From the IMG/VR virus record IMGVR_UViG_3300024301_000012: a DNA stretch of 64,000 nt; one strand, 5' to 3'. This document shows, one piece after another, positions 19,297-27,077 of the stretch. The notes beneath the pieces were generated by a model that was not told the DNA's origin, did not search any database, and saw nothing but the letters and a program-made list of their open reading frames with translations. Source of the DNA: an uncultured virus (IMG/VR IMGVR_UViG_3300024301_000012) (taxonomy: Duplodnaviria > Heunggongvirae > Uroviricota > Caudoviricetes). The translations under genes were made by a program, and so were the position numbers. Position 1 is the first letter of the stretch; each line of letters begins with the position of its first letter.

Positions 19297-20410
19297 TGAT
19301 ACAAAGGATACTTTTTGTGTTCTTCCTTTTATACATGCTGTATATAATCCGTTTGACACAGAGACAGAAAATTGTAATATCTTGCCTTGCTGTAGGTATG
19401 ATTTAAATTTTCATACTGAAACAAAAGAACATATAACTCCAATCAAAAATTCTGAAATTTTTAAAAAATTACAGAAAGAACTTTCTAATGGAATTAAATC
19501 TGAGCCTTGCTGGAGATGCTGGAAAGATGAAAAAATAGGCGTAAAAAGTTATAGGCAAGGAATGAATGAAAGTTTTTCTGAGTTAATACTAAGTGGTGAA
19601 TATAAAAATAAAAATTTAAGATTTTTAGAAATAACCCCCAGTAATTTATGTAATCTTGCATGTAGAAGTTGTAACTCTAGTTTTTCAAGTAAGTGGGTCC
19701 CTATAGATAATTTTATTGCTTCTGACAGAAACCAAAGTAAAACATCTTTTCCTAATTGGAAAAATATAGATGTGTCTGGTCTTATAGAATTAAAATTAAT
19801 GGGCGGCGAGCCTATGCTTTTACAAGAAAATATTGATTTTCTAGAGCATTTAGATCAAAAAAATAAATTAAAAGATATTACACTTACTGTGATAACAAAT
19901 TTGATGCGCCCATTAACAAAAAAATGGAAAGAATTGTTCACAAAATGTAAAGAAGTACACTTGTATGTTAGCATCGATGCGATAGGAGATTTAAACGATT
20001 ACATCAGAGAAGATTCTTCTTGGCCGACAATAGAAAAAAACTTAAACGAATTTTGGGAATTTTCCAATACCCATGGCATACACATGTCTGTCAACACAGT
20101 CATCACAATATTGAATGTAAATGTCTCAAGAGAAATAGAAAAATATTTTAAAGAAAAAGGCATACCGGCATATCAAGATGTTACCAGTTTTCCACCTCAT
20201 TTAGATTGTAAACAATTACCAGAAAAAATTAAAAACAAATTGTTAATACAGGGCGTTTCTAGCACTGTTGAAAAAAATATATTTTCTCTTGGAGAAAAAG
20301 AAAACATAGTTGAAGAATTCTATAATCATACATCTCGCTTAGATCAATATCATAAAAAAAGTTTTAAAGAGTATAATTCAAATATGAACGAGTTACTATT
20401 ATGCAGTTAA
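19289..20410 (+). CDS. radical SAM protein with N-terminal twitch/SPASM-like domain (7 of 7)
   Basis: FCVLPF..LPCC..CWRC; CNLACRSC; MGGEP. Confidence 0.9.
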   Translation: MSSDTKDTFCVLPFIHAVYNPFDTETENCNILPCCRYDLNFHTETKEHITPIKNSEIFKKLQKELSNGIKSEPCWRCWKDEKIGVKSYRQGMNESFSELILSGEYKNKNLRFLEITPSNLCNLACRSCNSSFSSKWVPIDNFIASDRNQSKTSFPNWKNIDVSGLIELKLMGGEPMLLQENIDFLEHLDQKNKLKDITLTVITNLMRPLTKKWKELFTKCKEVHLYVSIDAIGDLNDYIREDSSWPTIEKNLNEFWEFSNTHGIHMSVNTVITILNVNVSREIEKYFKEKGIPAYQDVTSFPPHLDCKQLPEKIKNKLLIQGVSSTVEKNIFSLGEKENIVEEFYNHTSRLDQYHKKSFKEYNSNMNELLLCS

Positions 20411-21243
20411 TTATTAACAACACATTAGTTGAATTTGAAAAAATAGTTGCGTTTGGGTGCAGTTTTACTGCTGGTTATGAAACTAGAGATCACATTTTTT
20501 TAAATATAAGTGAATCTGAACTAGATCAAATGAAAAGAGAGAGAAATGAAACAAACGGGTACAACTTTTATTACGAACTCGATCTAAACTACGATAGCTG
20601 GGAAAAATTGTGTGATTACAACAAAGAAGGATCATATGTTAAATTCTTAGCAGACAAATTTTCTGTTTCTTGGGAAAACTTTGCTGAGCCTGGGAGTAGC
20701 TTAGAATTTTCTATTTGGAAGTTAGAAGAATATTTAAGTAATAATAAACATTCAAATGATCTTATTATAGTAGGAATAACTTGCCCTAATAGATTACTGT
20801 ATCTAACAGATCATGGAAAAAACAATAAAACAAGCCCTTCTCACTTACAATTAAACACAAAGTTTAATTGGCCAGATGATGATTTTTATAATACATATAT
20901 AACTACTTTAGGAACAGGTAAAAATTTAGCTTGGAAATATTATTTACAATTAAAATATCTAGACATGCTAAACAATAAACTTGGAAACAGGGTGTTATTG
21001 GTGCCGATGCAAACACATCCTGCAAACTGGATTAATATGGTAGATAATACTTTTTTTAATACTAGAGAAATTAAAGAACTGCCGTCTATCTTTCCGGATT
21101 GTATGGATAATTATGTAAATATGCTAAATAATCCAACAAATAATAGCAAGGTACACCCTTTCCTTCACCCTAGGATTTCTGTGCATCAAGAATTTGCCGA
21201 AAATATGTACAAAATTTTAATGGATACTTCCAATGATAAATAA
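20401..21243 (+). CDS. SGNH/GDSL-like hydrolase/acyltransferase-fold protein
   Basis: AFGCSFTAG block I, NFAEPGSS block II, C-terminal LHP...HQ.FA. Confidence 0.55.
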   Translation: MQLIINNTLVEFEKIVAFGCSFTAGYETRDHIFLNISESELDQMKRERNETNGYNFYYELDLNYDSWEKLCDYNKEGSYVKFLADKFSVSWENFAEPGSSLEFSIWKLEEYLSNNKHSNDLIIVGITCPNRLLYLTDHGKNNKTSPSHLQLNTKFNWPDDDFYNTYITTLGTGKNLAWKYYLQLKYLDMLNNKLGNRVLLVPMQTHPANWINMVDNTFFNTREIKELPSIFPDCMDNYVNMLNNPTNNSKVHPFLHPRISVHQEFAENMYKILMDTSNDK

Positions 21244-21337
21244 AATAAAAACCCTATATAAAAACTGGAAAAAAAAGAGAGCATTGAAAAAAAGACTGAG
21301 AGAACTAAAGGACCAGGATCCTTTTATATATGATTAA
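21233..21337 (+). CDS. 34-aa basic peptide overlapping the carbamoyltransferase start (not in ORF track)
   Basis: Read directly: MINKIKTLYKNWKKKRALKKRLRELKDQDPFIYD*; overlaps both neighbours. Confidence 0.55.
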   Translation: MINKIKTLYKNWKKKRALKKRLRELKDQDPFIYD

Positions 21338-22754
21338 ATGGGGTATTTCTGCCGGTACACATGATGCATCTTTGACTGTAATGAATGGCAACAATATATT
21401 ATTTGCTTCTCATGCAGAAAGATACAGCGGTATAAAAAATGATAAAGACTTGAATGCTGATCTTATTGCAGCAGCACTCAAGCATGGCTCGCCTGAAATT
21501 ATATTCTGGTACGAGAATCCTTATACGAAGGCATTGAGAAAAATCTATGCCGGACAACCTAACGCATGGATGAGCCCTAGAAAGTACTTGGACAAATATG
21601 GACTAGGGTGTGCCCATGTCGAGTATGGCAATCATCATGCGAGCCACATGGCTGCTGGTTACTACACCTCTCCCTTCGCAACAGCAGCAACCCTTGTAAT
21701 AGATGCAATAGGTGAGTTCAATACCGTCTCTATCTGGAAAGATACAAAGAAAATCTGGACAGCAAATTATCCCGCTTCTCTCGGTCTATTCTACTCTGCG
21801 ATGACAGCACGAGTAGGTCTAAAGCCAAACGAAGATGAATATATTCTCATGGGTATGGCAGCATACGGCAATCCAGATAGATTCTATAAAGAATTAAAAG
21901 AACTTTGCTTAGACGGTACAAATTTTCACAGAGGATGTCCTTGGTGGAAACCTGAACTTACTGAAGAAGATTACTTTGATGTTGCAGCAGCTACACAAAA
22001 ACTCTACGAACGATACTTTGCTAGTTTGTTGAGAATGACAAAAGACATGACAGGAGCAGATAATCTCGTTTTCATGGGTGGGTGCGCTCTTAACTGTCTT
22101 GCAAATAGAATTATACCTCAGCACTTTGAGAATCACTGGATCATGCCAAATCCAGGTGACGCAGGTTCTTCACTCGGTGCTATACTTGCACACACAAAAC
22201 AGAAAATAGATTTCGACAATGCTTTTCTGGGCGAAGAAATTGAAGGACATTATCCAGTTGACAAGGCACTAGAAAATCTGTTATCATGTGGTATAGTAGG
22301 AGTTGCAAGTGGTAGAGCAGAGTTTGGTCCTCGTGCATTAGGTAATCGTAGTTTACTAGCTGATCCTCGTGGACAAGAAATGAAAGACAAAGTAAATGGC
22401 ATCAAGCAGAGACAAGAGTTTAGACCTTTTGCTCCCGTTATACTAGAGTCAGATGTTCACGAGTATTTTAATGTAAGCAAAGGCTTTTCGTCTCCGTTTA
22501 TGCAACAAGTAGTGAGATGTAAATATCCTCTAAAGTATCCTGCTATCGTACACAAAGACGGCACGAGCAGAGTACAGACAGTGACAGAATATTCGCATCC
22601 AGGATTATTTACATTGTTGACAAAATGGAAAAAGAAAACTAAGTGTCCTATGCTTCTGAACACGAGTCTGAACATCAAAGGGAAACCTATTGTCAATAAT
22701 TTACAAGATGCAAAAGATTTTCAGAATAAGTACGGAGTTGAAGTCGTAAGTTAA
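21330..22754 (+). CDS. carbamoyltransferase (NodU/CmcH/TobZ family)
   Basis: HDAS, HHASH, VIDAIGE, GGCALNC, PGDAGSSLG, EFGPRALGNRS, FRPFAP, LNTSLN. Confidence 0.95.
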   Translation: MIKWGISAGTHDASLTVMNGNNILFASHAERYSGIKNDKDLNADLIAAALKHGSPEIIFWYENPYTKALRKIYAGQPNAWMSPRKYLDKYGLGCAHVEYGNHHASHMAAGYYTSPFATAATLVIDAIGEFNTVSIWKDTKKIWTANYPASLGLFYSAMTARVGLKPNEDEYILMGMAAYGNPDRFYKELKELCLDGTNFHRGCPWWKPELTEEDYFDVAAATQKLYERYFASLLRMTKDMTGADNLVFMGGCALNCLANRIIPQHFENHWIMPNPGDAGSSLGAILAHTKQKIDFDNAFLGEEIEGHYPVDKALENLLSCGIVGVASGRAEFGPRALGNRSLLADPRGQEMKDKVNGIKQRQEFRPFAPVILESDVHEYFNVSKGFSSPFMQQVVRCKYPLKYPAIVHKDGTSRVQTVTEYSHPGLFTLLTKWKKKTKCPMLLNTSLNIKGKPIVNNLQDAKDFQNKYGVEVVS

Positions 22755-22766
22755 ATAAATAGATGC

Positions 22767-23075
22767 ATGGGAGACATAATACAGTTTAAGACAAAAGAAA
22801 GAATCGAGTCTGAAGATAGAGTCATTGGGCATCGTATATCTTTCTACACCGAAGAAGAGCTAGACATTACGCTTATAGCGTTAAATGTTTATGGCTTTGA
22901 AGAAGTCAGATTCTCACGCACGAATCTGAAAGACCTTGACCCACTTTATATAAAAAGATGTTTGATTAAGATGAGAGGTTCTAGTCTTATTTCGACACTA
23001 GGATTTAGAGTGATAAATAATATTATAGCCAACATTGAAGAAGTAACGGAGAATGATTATGCCGATGAAGTTTAA
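22767..23075 (+). CDS. hypothetical protein
   Basis: 102-aa ORF preceded by a late-promoter-like AATAAATA. Confidence 0.65.
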   Translation: MGDIIQFKTKERIESEDRVIGHRISFYTEEELDITLIALNVYGFEEVRFSRTNLKDLDPLYIKRCLIKMRGSSLISTLGFRVINNIIANIEEVTENDYADEV

Positions 23076-23238
23076 ACCATCCACATACAAGCGAGTAGGC
23101 GGCATCAAGCGTGGCACACACTCGTACATGTCAGGAGCATCTACTGAAGCACTTAAAGAAGCTGCTCATGCGACTCTAACAACGCCTAAGATGCGAGACA
23201 AGATCATGAAGGAGCTTGTCAGGAGAGGCGTGATTTAA
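23053..23238 (+). CDS. hypothetical small protein
   Basis: ORF overlapping both neighbours; start may be 23059. Confidence 0.6.
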   Translation: MIMPMKFKPSTYKRVGGIKRGTHSYMSGASTEALKEAAHATLTTPKMRDKIMKELVRRGVI

Positions 23239-23555
23239 TGCCTACGTACAACTTTGAGAACACCGAGACCGGTGAAATTACACAAGAGATTATGAAAATT
23301 TCTGAACGTGATGAGTATCTAGAAAAAAATCCACATCTCAAAAGCGTCATGTTGTCGGCACCAGGAACTGTAAAGGCAACTGGTGACCGAACTAAACCAC
23401 CTGGTGGTTTTAAAGAAGTTCTGTCAAAAATCTCAGAAGCAAATCCAACTAGTGCGTTGGCTGGTGATTATGGTCACAAAGATCATAAGTCAGTCACAAC
23501 TAGAAACATCGTCCAAAAACACAGAGAAAAAGCAGGAGGTAGTATTTCAGAGTAA
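23238..23555 (+). CDS. FmdB-like T4-type hypothetical protein
   Basis: MPTYNFENTETGE...YLEKNPHL...GFKEVLSKI; typical position before phoH. Confidence 0.6.
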   Translation: MPTYNFENTETGEITQEIMKISERDEYLEKNPHLKSVMLSAPGTVKATGDRTKPPGGFKEVLSKISEANPTSALAGDYGHKDHKSVTTRNIVQKHREKAGGSISE

Positions 23556-23602
23556 GTTTTATATTATGGTTCTTTAACTTTAACCCAACATAGGATATTT
23601 CT

Positions 23603-24352
23603 ATGCCAAAGAAGAATCTTCAGTTAGTACAAAACGAAAAAAATGAAAGACGCCCATCTAATAGTCTCAAGATTACTCTTGACGACATGATTACGATCTC
23701 AGCAAAGACGGAAAATCAAGGCCAGTTTATGTCTCAATACAGACACAAACCGGCCTTTTTATTGCACGGCTGTGCTGGAACGGGAAAAACTTTCATTGCC
23801 TTATATCGTGCGCTTGAAGAAGTACTAGACAAGCAGAACGGTTATGGTAAAGTAGTTATTGTACGATCAGCAGTACCAAGTAGAGACATTGGACACTTAC
23901 CAGGAAACGAAGAGGAGAAGACAGAAGTTTACAGTGCGCCTTATCAATCTATGTGTCAGGAATTTTTTCCCACAAAAGATAAGCCTTATCAAAGATTAGT
24001 AGAACAAAAGCACTTAGAGTTTATGTGTACATCTTATGTAAGAGGCATTACATTAGACCATGCTATTGTTATCGTTGATGAGTGTCAGAACTTGAACGAT
24101 ATGGAACTCAATAGTATCATGACGAGAGTAGGCATTAATACAAAGATCATTTTTTGCGGAGACTTCCGGCAAACAGACTTGTCTAAACGCTACGATATGT
24201 CAGGCATGCGTCAATTTATGATTACCACCGAAGCTATGCCATCATTCTGCTCCGTCGAGTTTGGGACAGACGATATTGTCCGATCCGAGCTAGTTAAAGA
24301 GTATATATTAGCCAGAATGCAGTATGAGGACGACTATGGCGTAAGTGCTTGA
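23603..24352 (+). CDS. phoH: PhoH-family ATPase
   Basis: GCAGTGKT, RSAVPSRDIGHLPG, VRGITL, VDECQN, GDFRQTDL, IVRS. Confidence 0.95.
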   Translation: MPKKNLQLVQNEKNERRPSNSLKITLDDMITISAKTENQGQFMSQYRHKPAFLLHGCAGTGKTFIALYRALEEVLDKQNGYGKVVIVRSAVPSRDIGHLPGNEEEKTEVYSAPYQSMCQEFFPTKDKPYQRLVEQKHLEFMCTSYVRGITLDHAIVIVDECQNLNDMELNSIMTRVGINTKIIFCGDFRQTDLSKRYDMSGMRQFMITTEAMPSFCSVEFGTDDIVRSELVKEYILARMQYEDDYGVSA

Positions 24353-24384
24353 TTTAATTGAAGTAATTATTTTTCAATTATTTT

Positions 24385-24425
24385 AGAGTTCCTAAGGAAA
24401 TCAAGTACTTAGGAACTCTTTTTTT
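24385..24425 (+). terminator. intrinsic terminator
   Basis: 12-bp perfect stem AGAGTTCCTAAG/CTTAGGAACTCT followed by a T run. Confidence 0.75.
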
Positions 24426-24427
24426 GC

Positions 24428-24456
24428 TTGACATTTAGGCTAATAGGTGCTATAAT
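24428..24456 (+). promoter_or_regulatory. consensus sigma70 early promoter (repeat copy 1)
   Basis: TTGACA, 17 nt, TATAAT with TGn extension. Confidence 0.9.
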
Positions 24457-24487
24457 GTAAGCATAAACTGAAAAAAGGAACTAAATT

Positions 24488-24808
24488 ATGAACGATTCAA
24501 TCCAAACTCTAATCACTAAAATCAACGAAGACTGGGATCGCTGGACGAAAAGCGCAGATATCACCAACGTCCCTAAGTCGGAGATTCTGGTCCAAGAAGG
24601 CTCTAAGTACATCAAAATCGTCCGAAGTGATTCTCAGGATATGGTTTGGGGTTTTATTGTCAAGACTGATACGGACAAGAAATTCCGTAAAGGTGACATT
24701 CTCAAGGCTGCCAGCTGGGCAGCTCCTGCCAGAAACAAGGCTCGTGGCAATATCTTAGAAGGTGACTTCTCATGGGTTCGTTGGACTGGCCCAGAATATC
24801 TAAGATAA
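24488..24808 (+). CDS. hypothetical early phage protein
   Basis: GSKYIKI...GDILKAASWAAPARNKARGNI; AAGGA RBS. Confidence 0.75.
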   Translation: MNDSIQTLITKINEDWDRWTKSADITNVPKSEILVQEGSKYIKIVRSDSQDMVWGFIVKTDTDKKFRKGDILKAASWAAPARNKARGNILEGDFSWVRWTGPEYLR

Positions 24809-24811
24809 TGC

Positions 24812-24840
24812 TTGACATTTCATCTGGTCGGTGTTATAAT
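24812..24840 (+). promoter_or_regulatory. consensus sigma70 early promoter (repeat copy 2)
   Basis: TTGACA, 17 nt, TATAAT; flanks match copy 1. Confidence 0.9.
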
Positions 24841-24878
24841 GTAAGCATAGAATGTAAAAACAGTTGTGAGGACTGAAT

Positions 24879-25097
24879 ATGTGGAATCTAGAAGGCATGC
24901 AAATCGAAGGCACTTATCTTGATGGCACGGTAGAGGTTAGTGGTCGTGTTACCCATAGCCGTGTCGCTTACGGTGGCGGTGTCGAGCACCATGTTAAGAT
25001 AGACAACGGCTTTTCTGCTGTTGGTGGTCGAGTTCGCCGTGATGCAGGCGAAGTAATCATTGTTGAGCATAAGTATATTACAGGAGTGGGTGATTAA
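24879..25097 (+). CDS. hypothetical early protein
   Basis: 72-aa ORF with GAGGA RBS. Confidence 0.7.
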   Translation: MWNLEGMQIEGTYLDGTVEVSGRVTHSRVAYGGGVEHHVKIDNGFSAVGGRVRRDAGEVIIVEHKYITGVGD

Positions 25098-25240
25098 TGT
25101 TAATATTAAGTAACGGATCAGTCCAGCAGTTTTTTTCTTGTTATCAGGAAATCGTTGACTTTATTGGCAACGATGAATTCAATGCCGTACTCGGTGGTGA
25201 CCATTCGCAGTATAGCATTTCATTTTTACCAATCACATAA
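25097..25240 (+). CDS. 47-aa hypothetical protein (not in ORF track)
   Basis: TAATG overlap, AGGAG RBS; MLILSNGSVQQFFSCYQEIVDFIGNDEFNAVLGGDHSQYSISFLPIT*. Confidence 0.55.
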   Translation: MLILSNGSVQQFFSCYQEIVDFIGNDEFNAVLGGDHSQYSISFLPIT

Positions 25241-25246
25241 ATCATT

Positions 25247-25323
<77 letters not shown>

Positions 25324-25441
25324 AATTGTTATATATAATATGTCTCGTAATGACAATAAACTTGTACTGGTCGGGACAGCGAAGAGTTCTGTTTCTCTTT
25401 TAAAATAAACAAGCAGATGGTGCCCAGAAGTAATTTTTAGG

Positions 25442-26107
25442 ATGATAATGTTTAGTAAAGTAGAAGTTGAAATTGAAGAAGCAGTAGCAAAGTCTACGCC
25501 TAATGGCAGAATGTACGAAACTCCTGATGGTGCTTCGTATCCTTCGGTCACTACTATCATGTCTTATATGTCTCAAGACAGCATTAAGGCATGGCGAGAA
25601 AGAGTAGGCGAAGAAGAAGCTAATAAGATTAGCAACCAAGCTGCTACTCGTGGAACAAAGATTCACGATTTGTGTGAGCAGATACTTCTTAATAACGAGG
25701 TGTCGTATGACAAACTCAGTTTGCTTGACAAAGAGATGTTCTTTAAGTTTCGTCCTGTATTAGATAGAATTGATAACATACATGCGCTTGAAACGGCATT
25801 GTATAGCCATCACTTACGACTAGCAGGACGAGTAGACTGTATTGCTGAATTTGATGGCAAACTGTCTGTGATAGACTTCAAGACTTCTAAGAAGCCTAAG
25901 CGCAAGGAGTGGATTGACAATTACTTCATGCAATGTACTGCTTACGCTATTATGTTCGAAGAGAGAACAGGTATTCCGATTCCTACAATCGCTGTTCTTA
26001 TCTGTGTTGAAGGCGATGAGCCTCAAGTGTTCATCGAAAAGCGTGATAATTACGCCGAAAAGTTATTAAATTTAAGGCTTGACTACGAACGTAGTATTAA
26101 GCTATAA
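25442..26107 (+). CDS. PD-(D/E)XK exonuclease (T4-like phage type)
   Basis: YPSVTT, RGTKIH, AGRVDCIAEFDG..SVIDFKTS, YFMQCTAYA. Confidence 0.9.
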   Translation: MIMFSKVEVEIEEAVAKSTPNGRMYETPDGASYPSVTTIMSYMSQDSIKAWRERVGEEEANKISNQAATRGTKIHDLCEQILLNNEVSYDKLSLLDKEMFFKFRPVLDRIDNIHALETALYSHHLRLAGRVDCIAEFDGKLSVIDFKTSKKPKRKEWIDNYFMQCTAYAIMFEERTGIPIPTIAVLICVEGDEPQVFIEKRDNYAEKLLNLRLDYERSIKL

Positions 26108-26115
26108 TATAAATA
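26108..26115 (+). promoter_or_regulatory. T4-type late promoter
   Basis: TATAAATA 21 nt upstream of the ATG at 26137. Confidence 0.7.
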
Positions 26116-26136
26116 ATGAATATTTAGGAGAAACAC

Positions 26137-26526
26137 ATGAGAACATTACTTTTTATAGCAGCATTAGTACCATCAATCGCCTTTGCTCAGATTGAGATAG
26201 TGTCAAAGCGACCTTACTATGTTATGGTAACTCGTCAGGAGTGTGAGACCCGAGAAGTATATGTCGAAAACACAACAGGCGCATCTATAGTAGGCGGTGT
26301 TATCGGAGCAGCTATTGGTAACGAGATTGGTGGCGGTTCTGGCAAAAAGATTGCTACTGTAGTCGGAGCGATTACTGGCGCTAACGTGGGCAGAACACGA
26401 GCACAAAACAACGGCAGAATTGAATACAGAAACATTTGCCGTGATGTGCAAGTACAAGAACAACGTGGCGAATACGTCACTATGCGATACAATGGCAAGT
26501 TGTTCACTCAATTATTTGATTTTTAG
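26137..26526 (+). CDS. glycine-zipper 2TM protein (YcfJ-like)
   Basis: Signal peptide; GASIVGGVIGAAIGNEIGGGSGKKIATVVGAITGANVG. Confidence 0.85.
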   Translation: MRTLLFIAALVPSIAFAQIEIVSKRPYYVMVTRQECETREVYVENTTGASIVGGVIGAAIGNEIGGGSGKKIATVVGAITGANVGRTRAQNNGRIEYRNICRDVQVQEQRGEYVTMRYNGKLFTQLFDF

Positions 26527-26758
26527 AATTCGTTGAAGTAAGAGATAGGAAGTTTGGACAGGGGTGCAACTCCCCTCGCCTCCACCAATAAAACATATGG
26601 GGGCGTTTTAGATTCGACAGACGACTGAAAGCTTATGGAGAATAGGTGCGGAAGCTACCTTAAATGCAACAAAACTATAAATGCCAACGATGAAGCATTT
26701 GCTCTAGCCGCATAGGTTAGATGAGGTATGGGTACCGCCTTATAATCAAATGGGCCCA
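26527..26758 (+). ncRNA. ssrA: circularly permuted (two-piece) tmRNA, tag ANDEAFALAA
   Basis: Acceptor piece ends GGACAGGGGTGCAACTCCCCTCGCCTCCACCA (26587). After an 11-nt intervening segment, the coding piece starts GGGGGCG..GATTCGAC (26599). 7-bp acceptor stem with G3-U70; tag ORF at 26683-26715. Outer ends approximate. Confidence 0.92.
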
Positions 26759-26791
26759 TTTTTGACACACAACACACACAAGGAGATAGAT

Positions 26792-27022
26792 ATGTCAAAT
26801 CCGTATGAACTAAGATTCAACATGCTTATGGAAGCAAAAAACCTACTCGTAGAAGAGTATCATGCTGAAGTGGATCGACTCACAAACAGATACTTTGCGT
26901 TAAAAGACGCAGGAGAGACTGTTGAGTATCCTACTTTACCGCAGTATCCTACCTTTGAAGGCATTCAAGATTTATGTAAAGAAATGAATGCCTTTGTAAG
27001 CAATTCTGGTGGTAAGCACTAA
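26792..27022 (+). CDS. hypothetical phage protein
   Basis: AGGAG RBS before the ATG at 26792; MSNPYELRFNML...YPTF...MNAFVSN. Confidence 0.75.
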   Translation: MSNPYELRFNMLMEAKNLLVEEYHAEVDRLTNRYFALKDAGETVEYPTLPQYPTFEGIQDLCKEMNAFVSNSGGKH

Positions 27023-27077
27023 GTAGTTTAAGGGTATGGGCACCACCCTAACGGGCCTAAACTAAAGGAAGACAATC

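Noticed and set aside
23556..23602. Pho box upstream of phoH
   Set aside because: Only a short TTTAAC tandem with 6-nt spacing; no CTGTCAT-like repeat with 11-nt period
25442..26107. Cas4-like nuclease as part of a CRISPR system
   Set aside because: No repeat-spacer array or other cas genes; it lacks the Cas4 Fe-S Cys cluster and matches the common T4-like phage exonuclease
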